From the NCBI GenBank assembly GCA_964016885.1, contig OZ024758.1:32984001-33048000 (forward strand): a stretch of 64,000 bases of DNA, written 5' to 3'. Shown here in pieces: positions 1 to 12,602 of this stretch. Every line of letters starts with the position of its first letter. The first letter of the stretch is position 1. A program made the translations under genes and the position numbers. This DNA comes from Eledone cirrhosa (Eukaryota). The notes under the pieces are model-generated. The model did not search any database and was not told the DNA's origin. It saw only the letters and a program-made list of their open reading frames with translations.

Positions 1-1289
1 TCACCTAGGTAGTAGAAGCTGTCTACTGTCTCTACAGAGCCCTCCCAGAGTTTGGTCAAAAGTAAATGGAAACAACAAAACAAGCAACACAGTACAATAA
101 AGATATATATTAGTTTAACGCTTGATATAGTAGGGAAAGAGCCTTTATGTTTTGAACAATAGTCCTTCATCAGAAAATAGAATGGGATAAAAGATGAAAT
201 AGAGAGAGAAAAGAGGAAGGAATTTAAAAAAAATGAGAAAAAGCATGTGTACATTCAGTGAATGAGAGACATAGAGAAAGAAAAGGAAAACCAATGACAG
301 AGAATCTCATTTCTGGTTTGAATGAAAGTGTTTTAGAACATCTTGCCACTTTTTTTTTCTTTTATCTTATTTTTGTGTTCCATGAATTCTATACAAAATT
401 TCAGGTCATTTTTGACAGAGTGTACATTTGTGTGACAGATGGACAAAAAAAAGGTTGCGCAGTTATTATATTCTAGGTGTGCTTCTGCCATGGCCCTCCA
501 ACAAACAAGAAAGGAAATCTTCAGCTAACCAAAGATGTAATGTTAGAGAAACACAAAAACCATGAGATCAATTACAATACATCCAATAAAATATACAGTT
601 TCAAAATTTGCACATTTATTTCTCGTATTCTCTTCAAATATATTTGGTGTATTCAAAATTACTTTCATTGATTTTTCTGCTAGAGAGTAAAAACTACTAC
701 GTACAATTTGAAAAACTGTAGGACAGTGTTACCAAGATAAAATAAATAAGGAAATCAATTTTCATTGAAGATATCAATAATGTATTTTTTTTTTTTTTAA
801 TCTGGCTATCTCTCTCCCCACTCTTGCTATGGTTAGGAGGGGTGGCAATGCCCATGACCTTTGCAGTTTTTTTCTCAGGCTGGTGTGATTAATGAGGTTG
901 ATATCCAGTTTGAACATCTGTAGGTCAATATTTAAAGCAATAAATGTGAATTGGGAAGGAATTACAGTGTTGTAGCTCTAAAGAAGAAACATTGGGAAAA
1001 AACTTTATGGGATCTTAGATAGAAGATATAGAAAGAGAAACAAGTGTACCTGGATAGAGGTGGTGGAGAATTAGCTTGATTAGTGGAGTATTGTAGTGGC
1101 TTTACTCACTTGGAGATCTTGGTGGTTATGGATTGTATTTCATTTTTTTAATTTTTCATCAGGTAGTGCCTATGACAGGGCACCCACAACTAGTGATGAG
1201 GGAGTTATTCTTAAACTGGAGACCTGGCCTGAAAGCTTAAAACAGAGTTGACTTTGCTCAGGGCCCCCATAAACCAGTAATAATAATGA

Positions 1290-1488
1290 TGGTTCCAGGT
1301 TTAGGTACAAGGCCAGCAATTTGGGGGAAGGAGAAAGTCGATTAAATTAACCCCAATGCATGACTGGTATTTTATTTTATCGAATCCGTAAGGATTAAAG
1401 GCAAAGTTAACTTTGGCGGTACTTGAACGCAGTAACTATGCTGTAAAGCATATTGTCTGATGCTCTACCGATACTGTCAATCCACCAA
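1290..1488 (-). mobile_element. tRNA-derived SINE, family A (central GCCTTTCATCCTT..GGGTCGATAAAATAAAGTACCAG domain, Meta/MESC-like)
   Basis: The reverse complement reads tRNA-like head with GTTCAA B-box, conserved central domain and CCTTGTGCCTAAA tail. Many dispersed copies occur in the window. Confidence 0.8.
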
Positions 1489-1710
1489 AGATAATAATAC
1501 ATGTGTAATGAACATAAATAAATAACTCAAAGTAAAGAAAATGATTTGAAGGGAGGCAGATATAAATCTTGGATCAAAGGGTCAAGAATCATCCATTATG
1601 GCACATTGGTGAGATTGTCTTACTAGAATTAGCAGACTAAATGATGATTGATCAGATTAGTAGGCTGACCAACAACATTTTCCTTTAGTTAGCATGTTTT
1701 AGGGGTTTAA

Positions 1711-1917
1711 CCCTTTAGCATTTACATTATTCTATATTTACAATTATATTTTCACAATAAAGGCTTTACCTCACATAATTATCTCACATAATATTGAATG
1801 TATGAGATTTTGATATTTATTTTGAGAACAATGCCTTAACATCAGTATGAGCAGTTGGTTACAGCTAGTTTGAATAGAGAATTCTGGCCAGATATGGCCA
1901 GTTTAAATGCTAAAGGG
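1711..1917. mobile_element. piggyBac-like MITE, family P1
   Basis: TTAA on both sides (1707-1710, 1918-1921), TIR CCCTTTAGCATT/AATGCTAAAGGG, no coding capacity. Confidence 0.85.
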
Positions 1918-2149
1918 TTAAAATAATAATTATTCTAGAAGTGGAGTTAAGCCATAGCTGGATGTTGTTGGGAAGTCAATCATTGAAGTGGTTATATTGA
2001 AGATATTGTGAAATCTAATCAAATGTAATTAGGAAAACCTAGTGGCTTAGGTAGAGTAGGAATTCTGAATGTTTTAAAAATAGCAGTTGAAATGAACTAA
2101 CATAAATATGTTGAAATAAAAATATGCTCCCAATAAGTTTGATTTCTAA

Positions 2150-2310
2150 TGGGCAAAGCTGATTAAATCAGCCCCAGTACTTCACTGGTACTTTATTTTT
2201 ATTTTATTGAACCTGGAAGAATGAAAGTTAAAGTTGACTTTGGAGGAATTTGAACACAGAAAAGATACCACAGAGGCAGTTTATTCAATGTGCTACCAAT
2301 TCCACCAACC
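2150..2310 (-). mobile_element. SINE family A, degraded
   Basis: ccccagtacttcactggtactttatttt...ggaatttgaac matches the other family A copies. Confidence 0.65.
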
Positions 2311-3304
2311 CCAACATAGTTCTAATATTTAAACTTTTCATAGACACACAATGGTTACACTTCATTGCATTTTTAAAATAAGACAGTATTATCAAATAAA
2401 TCTATTATTAAAAAGTATAATCTGAAAACACATTTGTAGTGAAGTATAAATTCTTTAAAATAATCTAATATTAGGGAGATACAATTGTAAAGCTATGCTT
2501 TTAAATAAATAACTCAAGCTTTTATGATTCAGTTTTTGAATCTGTAGCTTAAAAACGTTGATAAAAAAACATTTATCAATTAAATAATTCATTTTTTTTT
2601 ACTTTTCAATAAAATGAAATCATTTTGGTAATTGTGAAAGATTTTTGTGGGTTTTGAAGTCTATTTAAAATGTGAAAAGATTTAAAGCAAAATGGAATAT
2701 ATTAACAGAAAATGAATAATTACTAAACAAAGGTGTCAAATTCTTTTTACAATAGTTATTAGGTGATTTAAAGGAAATTCAATCAAAAATATTAAAAAAC
2801 ATTAGCTATTTGAACAGCTTTTGTAAAATAAAAAACAAATCTTACAAATAAAATTTAGTTTCACAAATAAGGGTAATTTTCAGTAATCCCCCAAACCACA
2901 AAATATTGTTTGCATGCAGAGAAAACAGATTCTGAAAGATAAATACCTTAGCATGTCACAAAATCCCTTACAGCTATCAAAGGAAAAAAAGAACATAATT
3001 CTCTTCCATTTAATTTTTTTCATTTTTCTGCCTAACAGCAGAGTTATGAAGAGTTAAAAAAACTTTCCAAACTAAATTTATTATCTTATTTAATGATTGG
3101 ATAAGAAAATAAGATAATAAACTGAAGAGGTTCAGTTAATCTTGTAAATTATACTAAGAACCATATTATTTTTCTGGTGAACTTAACTTATTTTTTAACT
3201 GTTAATGTCATCATTACAAATTGTCCTGAATACTGACTGGTTGTAGCCAGCTACAAATAATTTAAATCAGTTCAACTGATTTACATAACTCTCACAGATA
3301 ATAA

Positions 3305-3450
3305 TGGTTTCACAAGGCGAACAATTTTAGGGGAGGAGAAAGTTGATTGAATTGACCCCAGTGCATGCCTGGTACTTTATTTTATCAACCCTGTAGGATG
3401 AAAAGCAAAGCTAACCTCGGTGGGATTTGAACTCAGAATGTAAAGGGACA
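3305..3450 (-). mobile_element. SINE family A, partial
   Basis: cacaagg..gaccccagtgcatgcctggtactttattttatc..gggatttgaactcag. Confidence 0.75.
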
Positions 3451-4272
3451 ACTATAATACCCTGCTGAGGGAACTTAGACTCTGCTATTTCCTTTATTGT
3501 TCTCACTCACCTCCTTGTGGTTTGCCCTTGTGTTTCTTCCTAAATTCCCACAAAAATATTCTAGACCACATCTAAAAACAAGCTAGGCAAACACACACTC
3601 TCCAATATATTACTGGTCCAGAGACATGTTGTCTACACTCTCTGCCTACTACAATGGTCTCTGCTCCACTGAACTGGTTACATGCCACCTCTGTCCAAAA
3701 CACCTCTGTCCTCCTTATGTCACACTCCATATTCTACACTATCCACTGATTCTTTGCTAAAATATCAATGCCCTGAAATTCTCTCTCTGCACATATCTTA
3801 AATGTTTAATTCAAAGTACATAAATTTATCGAAACAATTTCCATAATACTTTTAAGTTAGAATATCTAAAATAATTGCTGGACAGATTTTACAAGCAAAA
3901 CCAATAAGTAGGAGACCTAGGGGTAGACCCCAAGCAAGATGGTTGGATAACATCCATGAGCTTGGCTAGTATCGCCTTGAGATCTAGCCAGATCAGTTGG
4001 ACATGGTTGCTTCTGACAGGACCCACTGCAGGGAGTGTTTGTCCCAATGACCCTCTCAGGAATAAGTGGGCGAAGAAGAAGAAAAGAGAAGAAGGATATC
4101 TATTTTCTAAAGACCAGTTATTTCATTTCCAAATTCTTGATTATTTTCAAAACTATTTCATGATCATAGGCAATGATTTTCATTAGAAATATGGCATCAA
4201 AAGGGTTAAGCTATAAAAAAGATAAACTGATACATGATTGTCACCTACCATTCATTTTTATTTTTTCCTTAA

Positions 4273-4463
4273 CCCTTTAGCATTCACATTACTCTATATA
4301 TACTATTATATTTTCATGGTAAAGGCTTTACCTCGCATAATTATCTCACATAATATCGAATCTATGAGATTTTGAAAGTATTTATTTTGAGAACAAGTGG
4401 CCAGTTACAGCCAGTTTCAACAGAAAGAGGTAGAGAATTCTGGCCGGTTTGAACATTAAAGGG
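4273..4463. mobile_element. piggyBac-like MITE, family P1
   Basis: TTAA flanks, CCCTTTAG/TAAAGGG termini, internal sequence homologous to 1711-1917. Confidence 0.85.
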
Positions 4464-4614
4464 TTAAGAAAATTAAAAGAAAAACTCTGTTTTCCGCTAC
4501 AATGCATAATTTTGATACATAAACAACACCTATACACACAGTAAACACTTTTAATTCATCTCACTTCAACAAAGAGCCTTTTATTAATTTTAATAATGCA
4601 TTTATGTTAAGTAG

Positions 4615-4875
4615 AAGCATGTGGCCGAGTGGTAAGTGTATTGAAACGATCATAATCTTGTGGGTTTGATTCCTGGACTGGGTTCTGTGTTGTGTTCTTG
4701 AGCAAAACACTTCATTTCACATTGCTTCAGTATTCTCACCTGAAAATGAGTACCAGCAATAGTTTAACCTTGTGATGAACTGGCATCCTATCCACAAGGT
4801 AGTTTTGTACTCAGTCGCTTCATGCCATGGAAACCAAGATAAGCAATGGCCTGATGAGCTTGCAGGCTCGAGACA
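4615..4875 (+). mobile_element. tRNA-derived CORE-type SINE
   Basis: tRNA-like head (tggccgagtggt..gggtttgattcc) followed by ttcttgagcaaaacacttcatttcac core. Similar copy at 9645-9875. Confidence 0.7.
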
Positions 4876-5287
4876 AGATTTCACAGCTCTAGCATCACTC
4901 CTTCATAATCAGCTGATGAACTTTGTTAATGCCTTGCTCAAGGACACATAGTCAGCTGATGAACTTTGTTCAATGGATTTCAACTCTTGAAATCTACGAG
5001 CAGCTAATGTATGCAGATGAACTGGTTTCATTGTAAGATTAATAATGTAAATACTGCAAAAAAAGTTTTTACATGGAAGAACAGAAAAACTTGATATTGA
5101 CCTTGACAAAGCAGGCATCAATGAAAGTGTAGCATCATCTGGGGAAATAGTCACTTTTTTATATTGCCTTGTCAGTGAAATAAATCAATAAATGTTGTAA
5201 CTACAAGAAAACTGACAGACAGCCAAACTTGTTATATACATATGCTAGATTTCCTTAACATTAGGATTATAGACTAAATAACATATA

Positions 5288-5460
5288 TGAGGGTAGCGGA
5301 GTGATGCTAGAGCTGTGAAATCTTGCATGCATTAATTTCAACCCTTCTTCTTAATAACTGCATTGTTTCTTAACTAGGGACTGTTGAAAAATAAACCTCA
5401 TTTGATCATTCCATGAGAGTGTCTTGGTCAACCTATGAACTTTTCATCCAGCCCTCCTAC
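5288..5460 (+). mobile_element. mariner-like MITE, family M, degraded
   Basis: gatgctagagctgtgaaatcttgcatgcattaatttcaac...cctatgaacttttc matches 16583-16792. Confidence 0.7.
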
Positions 5461-5488
5461 TAATCAGATAACTTGTTTAAAGTATTAA

Positions 5489-6003
5489 TCCTTTTGGAAC
5501 CAAACCGACTGAAACTACCCATCGTTCTGTGATACACAGCTATTTATTTGGTTGTGCTTATTCCTTCCAAAACCTTTGTTAAGATATGTTCTAAACACCA
5601 ATTAAATAATGAGAAATTAAATAATGAAAAATACTAGGATTTTTTTTAACATGCTGACACATATGTGTAAATGTGTGTATACATTTATTTGTATGAGTAT
5701 ATAAATATAAACACACAAACACACTGACAAAAATACACATTCACAGATATACATTCACACACAAACATACATACATTTACACAAGCACACACAGCATAGC
5801 AAATGGAACGCCAGCTGCTGTTTTGCTATAGTTTTTTCACCATCCCCTTCTTTTTACACACATACATTCACACACACACTTGCATTGTGTGATGGATGGA
5901 TGGAAGTCGCTCAAATTTAAATCTGTCTAAATTCTTGATTATTGTCAAAATTATTTCAAAATCATAGGCAGTGTCTTTCATAAAAAATATGGAAATGAAG
6001 GGA
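5489..6003. mobile_element. piggyBac-like MITE, family P2 (CA-rich interior)
   Basis: TTAA at both ends with a degraded TIR. Interior block (gcaaatggaac..gttttgctatagttttttcaccatcccc) recurs at 48240-48570. Confidence 0.55.
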
Positions 6004-6151
6004 TTAAAGATTTTAGTAGTAATGATGAAGATAGAATTGGTATAGCTGCAAGAATAGCTTTATGGGACTTGTTATCCTACATAAATAGCATAAGGATCAT
6101 CTATCCACTGACAATACATATAAAAAGGATGATATTTGTTAAGAGCATTAA

Positions 6152-6356
6152 CCCTTTAGCATTTAAACTGGCCATATCCAGCCAGAATTCTCTCACCTCT
6201 TTCTGTTTAAACCAGCTGTAACTAGCCACTCATACTGATGTTAAAGTATTGTTCTCAAAATAAATAACATCAAAATCTCATAGATTTGATATTATGAGAT
6301 AATTATGTAAGATAAAGCCTTTACTGTGGAAATACAATAATGTAAATGCTAAAGGG
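6152..6356. mobile_element. piggyBac-like MITE, family P1 (opposite orientation to 4273-4463)
   Basis: TTAA flanks and perfect CCCTTTAGCATTTA TIRs. Confidence 0.88.
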
Positions 6357-7069
6357 TTAAATTTAATGGTAGTGAAATATAAGCTGTACATGCAGCTAAT
6401 GTGTAGTAATCGACATCTAATAGCATAGCTTAGTGGTTAGAGCATTGGGGTTGTAATCGGGAGATTATGAATTTGATTGTTGGACCAAGTGATGTGATGT
6501 GTCCTTGGGCAAGGCACTTTATTTCACATTGCTCCAGTTTACACAGCTGTATTAGTCATTACTTTTCTCTTCGTCAACATCGGTGGTGTGGATGTTTATG
6601 CAGATGTATGGGCCGCCTGTATTCTAGCCATTAGAAAAAGTAAAATGAATGTTTCACCTTCGAAAGAGGGATGACTCAAGAAGAATGTGTGTATGAACTA
6701 TTGTATAAACTATTGGATATACAATGTGTAAGTGGAAGACTGGTTAAATATGAGTTGACAAATCATTAGATGCTAAAAACAGAGACACATGTATGCAGGA
6801 AAGGCAAGTATATATGAATGGTCATGTAATACTGATGAATAACGCTATGTTGGAGACAGCGAGTGCAAAATATAACAGTTGTTCCAACAGTAGGAAGGAA
6901 CAATTGAAATCAAAAGAAATACCTGTTGGTATCATAGTTGAAATGACACTAAATTGTGATATATAGAAAAATACTGCATTACAATTTATACCAACTTGGA
7001 AAACCAGACATCAAAACAATTCTGCTGGCAATGGTAGTCACAACTAAATAGTTCTGATTATGATATTGG

Positions 7070-7280
7070 TGTCTGATTTAGGCACAAGGCCAACAATTTT
7101 GGGGAGAAGGGAAAGTCGATTAAATCAACCCCAATGTTTTACTGGTACTTTATTTTATTGACCCTGTAAAGATAAAAGGCAAAGCTAAAACCCAGCAGGA
7201 TTTGAATTCAGAGTGTAAAGGAACGTAACTCTATGCTGCAAAGCTGGTGTTTGATGGTCTACCAATTCTGCCAATCCATC
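7070..7280 (-). mobile_element. SINE family A
   Basis: Full-length match to the family consensus visible in this window. Confidence 0.8.
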
Positions 7281-7507
7281 ACTCTATGATAATGACTATG
7301 ATAATAAAAGCATGACATTTCCATTTATATAATAATGAAAATGTATTTAAATTAGTCCTTCATTTTCATTTTACACCATAGTCAGAAATTGTTTACTGTG
7401 GTATCTTTTGATAAAACAAAATACATTAAAATTCTCATATTTGTTACTAAGAAGTTAAACCTTACATAGTAAAAATGACAGAAATAGAGAGACACACAAA
7501 AAATATA

Positions 7508-7818
7508 CAGTGGATCCTCTCATCATCAACAAATCAGTTCACGAACAATTTTTCCAAACATAAAATGTCTCGGTTGATGAACCGTGTCTCGAGTAACAAA
7601 CAAGTAAGGCGGCAATAACAGTTTGTGGCAAGCTGGGAGTATTGGCGGGAAAGTGTCACTAGCTGTGTAGTTAGTTACTATGATGATATCTATCTGTCTT
7701 TCACACAGTCTCTCTCTCAATATTTCAACTGGGAAAAATAGTTTCGGTTTACAAACATTTCGGATGACAAATGGCCTTCAGGAATGAAATAAGTTCATGA
7801 ACCAAGGAGGTTCCACTG
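7508..7818. mobile_element. pogo/Tigger-like MITE, family T1
   Basis: TA flanks and TIR CAGTGGA(T/A)CC..GGTTCCACTG. Homologous to 49111-49633. Confidence 0.75.
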
Positions 7819-9134
7819 TATATGATTCTTGTGAAATATCTATTCCATTGATAGATAAAACATTCTCTTTTCGTCTTATTCTTTGCTCACTTATTCCTGG
7901 CAGGGTCGTGGAGGGGGTTGGGACAGAGTCTTCAAACATTCTCATGGACAGACAATTAGTGAAAATACATGAAAAGAATGAAAAATACAAGAACAGTTGG
8001 ATATTCTCATATATAGACTTGTCCAACTCATGGCAACATTGTAAAAATAGATACTAAGTCAATATAAACAATGATAATGAAAAAGATACCATAGATAGGA
8101 TGTTGCAGTGAAATCAATTTTTGTGGCAAATAAATTTAGCTTTGCCATAAGTTATGGCTAGTCCTCATTATAATCATCAATATCACAGTTGTACTTTTAA
8201 AACTATCTGATAGAATCTTAGAGCTGTCTACATTTATTCATGTGCAAACCCCTTATAATTGTTGATTTCCCCCTCCCCCCATTATAAACATAGTTCAGAT
8301 TAGTGCTCTGGTGGTCTACATTATAAACATATAGATAAGTTTGATTTAATTCAATTTATATCCCACAATATTTTGGCTTTAATTTTTCAACTTCTCACTT
8401 CCTCTTAAAGATTCCATGGAAAATCGTATCACCAGGTTTTAGTATTTAAGTAACAATAGGTGTAAATTGCTCCACAAGATTTTTATATTTTCAAAGAAAT
8501 TGTTGAAGCATATAACTTTACAGCTTATTGCTCTTGAAGGAAAAAAAAAGCACTCAACTATGAAGAGAGATTGGTACTTATTATTCAGATAGGTTTCTTA
8601 GGGCAAATAGCTTAATGTGCTTTGTTGACCAAGTATAATAGAATTACTAGAGAAAGGTTTGAAGTCATGGCATTTTATTGTCATTGTATACAATGACAAA
8701 TTGAATAGTTTCATTCACTATGAATGGTAGCAATCACATGCTATTTTGTTGGCTTCAGAAAAAAAAAAAATAAATAAAATAAGACACAAAATTCTGGCAG
8801 TTGATGATCAAATATTTATATAGTCTCTTCACCAAACAACAATGTAATTGAAACATCTACTGCTCCAGGCTTGAGTATGTAGCATTGTGAATCAGTGTTG
8901 TGAAGCTACAAATATCTACTGACATGTATAGCATACCCAGACAGCTTACTATACTGCTTGCTTTGAAGAACAACGATTATTGGAATCTAAATTTTGCAAT
9001 AAGATAGTGGTATAATGTATGAATGGTGAAAACTCAAACTAATAATTAAATAACAGAAAGTTTAAATATTTGGAAGCCCAATGCATTTCTACCGTCCTCA
9101 CTCTTTTCTCGGTCTTTTATTCTCTATAACTTCT

Positions 9135-9520
9135 ATTCTTCTTCTTATCGTGTCCACAAGAGTGTCAGTTACAGAGCTTGGCTACATGTGGTTCCGCCAT
9201 TGCTGTCCTTTCTCATTAAACTCTGCCAAGTTTAATGCTGTGCAGGGGTGTTCAGCGGGAGGCATATCAAGTTCTGCTGCATAGTCTGTAGTTTGATGCC
9301 GCAGTCACACACAACGTCCCCATCCTTTAAATATACCTATTTTGCAAGAGTGACTTTTGCACGTCCAACACCAGATCTGAGTCTGTTTAGGCATTTATAC
9401 AATGCATAGCTTGTATCTGCTCCAGGGAGCAGTGCCTCGCTCACCTTTAGCTCCATTGGTGTTACTGATGAGAGGTTGTTAAGTTTTTCTTCCCAGCAAG
9501 TGACTCTTTCACTACTTATG
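9135..9520 (-). pseudogene. Vingi/Ingi-like LINE 3' fragment (C-terminal CxC region), in-frame stop
   Basis: Manual translation gives ..EALLPGADTSYALYKCLNRLRSGVGRAKVTLAK*VYLKDGDVVCDCGIKLQTMQQ.., ending in an (AAG)n-type tail. Confidence 0.65.
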
Positions 9521-9644
9521 CTTCCAAATATTTAAACTTATTTAAATTCGTATTTCTTATTTCACAATGCTTCAAGCAAACTGCAACACTTAGTTAAATA
9601 ACAGTAACTGTAACTCAGTATTCATTATTATTCTTTTTATCAAA

Positions 9645-9875
9645 GCCATTAACCTAGTGGTAAGGGTGTTGTAGGTTTGATTCCTGGACTGGGTTGTGTG
9701 TTGTGTTCTTCATTTCACGTTGCTCCAGTATACTCACCTGAAAATGCGTACCAGCAATACTTGGGGTTTAACCCTGTGACGAACTGTCCAGGGGAGAGTC
9801 TTGTACTCTCAGTCACTTCACACCATGGAAACCAGGATAAGCACTGGTCTGATGAGCCTCTGGGCTCAAGACCAA
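9645..9875 (+). mobile_element. CORE-type SINE
   Basis: Homologous to 4615-4875. Confidence 0.7.
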
Positions 9876-9944
9876 CCTTAGACGTTTTTAGATATTGGAC
9901 AGCAGACATGATGGGAGACTATTTTCAAATATAAAGCCCAGTAT

Positions 9945-10155
9945 AAGGTGAGGAATGGTAGAGTCATTAGAACATTGGATAGAATGCCTTGTGGTATTGG
10001 CTCTTTGCTCTCTGAGTTCAAATCCCGCTGAGGTTAGCTTTGCTTTTCATCCTTACAGAATCAATAAAATAAAGCACCAGTTTAGCACTGGGGTTGATTT
10101 ACTCAAGTGTCCCACTCCCAAAAAATTGTTGCTCTTGTGCCTAAATCAGAAACCT
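9945..10155 (+). mobile_element. SINE family A
   Basis: gagttcaaatcccgctgagg..ttttcatcctt..ttgtgcctaaatcagaaac. Confidence 0.78.
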
Positions 10156-10328
10156 TTATTTTATCAGAGAAAATTATAAAGGGATCATTAATTCTCCCAA
10201 GAACAAGGTAAAATATTCAATGATCTCATGTTAGTGTTAATTATCAAGGTTCTTGATATTTCATGGGGTTTACATTAAAAGAAACCATTGGAAACCAATA
10301 AAAGAAGGCCCAAAGAAAAAGAGATTAA

Positions 10329-11041
10329 CCCTTTAGCATTTAAACTGGCCATATCCGGCCAGAATTCTCTCACCTCTTTCTGTTCAAACCAGCCGTAACC
10401 GGCCACTCATACTTATGTTAAGGTAACGTTCTCAAAATAAATAATATCAAAACCTCAAAGATTCAATATGATGTGAGATAATTATGTAAAGTAAAGTGTT
10501 TACTGTGAAAATACAATATTATATATAGAGTAATGTAAATGGTATGTGAGATATTATGTAAGGTAAAGTGTTTACTGTGAAAATACAATAGTATATATAG
10601 AGTAATGTAGATGTTATATGAGATATTATGAGAGATAAAGTGTTTACTGTGAAAATACAATAGTATATATAGAGTAATGTAAATGTTATGTGAGGTATTA
10701 TGTGAGGTAAAGCCTTTACTGTGAAAATACAATAGTATATATAGAGTAATGTAAATGTTTTGTGAGATATTATGTGAGGTAAAGCCTTTACTGTGAAAAT
10801 ACAATAGTATATATAGAGTAATGTAAATGTTATGTGAGATATTATGTGAGGTAAAGCCTTTACTGTGAAAATACAATAGTATATATAGAGTAATGTAAAT
10901 GTTATGTGAGGTATTATGTGAGGTAAAGCCTTTACTGTGAAAATACAATAGTATATATAGAGTAATGTAAATGTTATGTGAGGTAAAGCCTTTACTGTGA
11001 AAATACAATAGTATATATAGAGTAATGTAGGTGCTAAAAGG
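10329..11041. mobile_element. piggyBac-like MITE P1 with internal 72-bp tandem expansion (~8 units, ~10470-11030)
   Basis: TTAA flanks (10325-10328, 11042-11045). The subterminal tactgtgaaaatacaatag.. segment is repeated with a 72-bp period. Confidence 0.85.
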
Positions 11042-11294
11042 TTAAGATATCTACATTCATTGATGTCTAATGTGTCACCAAACTTTAATGTAGTAGTGAC
11101 ACAAATGTGTCACTACTACATTACACATATATATATTATAGCTATATAACAACAATGTTGTAATATACTAATCCAACTTGTTTGATATACTAATCCAACC
11201 TTCTAATTTATAACTTCTTTGGCAGCAGGCATAGCTATGTAGTTAAGAAGTTTGCTTTGCAACTAAATGGTTTTGGTTTGATCACAGTCTAGCA

Positions 11295-12602
11295 CAGAGG
11301 TTCTCAAACCTTTTGGACCACCACCTTCCTCATGACCACATAATACCCTCAGCGCCCCCCAACCCTATTTCCAGAGAGACCTGTCAACATGCAAATTGTA
11401 AATAATCTATATATATAAAACTGTGGTTGTCTGTCTGTCTATCGATTTTTGGCACACATCTCCTCTTAGAATCTCTGACGGAATTGCACCGAAATTGCTA
11501 TACTTGTACATTGAGCCCTAGCGAAGACATCGGGAAAAAAATATTTCAAATTGACCCACCCTATGTGACGAAATCGAATATAATGTATCGATTTTTGAGC
11601 GTAAGTTATTAGTTATTTCCCTTTGTTCTGTTTACATTGAGCGTCTTACGTAAAAAATTACGCTGGCTTTCTCAGCGTTTAAAATGACATTAACACAATA
11701 CACGAACAGTTGTCGAGCCAGCAAAATATTGACCTGCAAAATTCATCAGTTCGAACACTAAGCTTCCGTTTTGCTTCATTTCCATTTAAAAGCATTTTAA
11801 AACAATATTTTTACTTGAAAACAAGTCTATTTAAAGACTACGTAAAACAAGCAAATATTTCGTCGTTAGGCGTGCAGACAGACAGTCGTGCAGACAGACA
11901 GTCGTGCAGAGAGGTGATATACGCGTGCAGACAGACAGTCGTGCAGAGAGGTGATATAGGCGTGCAGACAGACAGTCGTGCAGAGAGGTGATATAGGCGT
12001 GCAGACAGACAATCGTGCAGAGAGGTGATATAGGCGTGCAGACAGACAGTCGTGCAGAGAGGTGATATAGGCGTGCAGACAGACATAACTGATAATTTGG
12101 TTACGCTAATGTTTTTCTCTGCGTTGCAGTGTTTACATTTTCGATCTTTGTTAATAAATAACCAGTGCAGTTTCTATCCCCAGCATCCTCTTTTGTTATA
12201 ACATTCGGGTTATCGTTATGTTTTCTTAACTTCATAAGGCATATTGTTGGTTGAGGGAATATTAATCAAAAACACCACATGCAAGTCTGCACAGTAGACA
12301 CTACAGTTTTTAAGCCAAGAAAGAAACTTAACATTGTAACTTTAACACAGCTACTGAGCGACCCCGAGCAACGCCGGGCTTTACTGCTAGTATATAATAA
12401 ATAAAATTGTTAATTTATATATAATAAATAATATAATATATACTATGTATAAATAAATATTATATATTTTACTATATTTATATATATGTATTATTTGATA
12501 TTTAATATATTATATTATCTCTAGGTCCTCCTTAGGCCCCAGCGACCCCTGCACCTCCTTAATACCCCCAGAGGGCGGCAGTGCCCACTTTGAGAACCTC
12601 TG
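11295..12602. mobile_element. hAT-like (Charlie/Buster-type) non-autonomous element
   Basis: TIR CAGAGGTTCTCAAA/TTTGAGAACCTCTG with a perfect 8-bp TSD GTCTAGCA (11287-11294, 12603-12610). Confidence 0.9.
11406..12390 (+). mobile_element. non-autonomous Helitron with internal ~37-bp tandem array (~11870-12085)
   Basis: A|TCTATATATATAAAA 5' end. 3' hairpin CCCGAGCAACGCCGGG followed by CTAG|T. Confidence 0.88.

Noticed and set aside
10463-11008. 181-aa ORF with 24-aa repeats
   Set aside because: It is the 72-bp tandem expansion inside a MITE.
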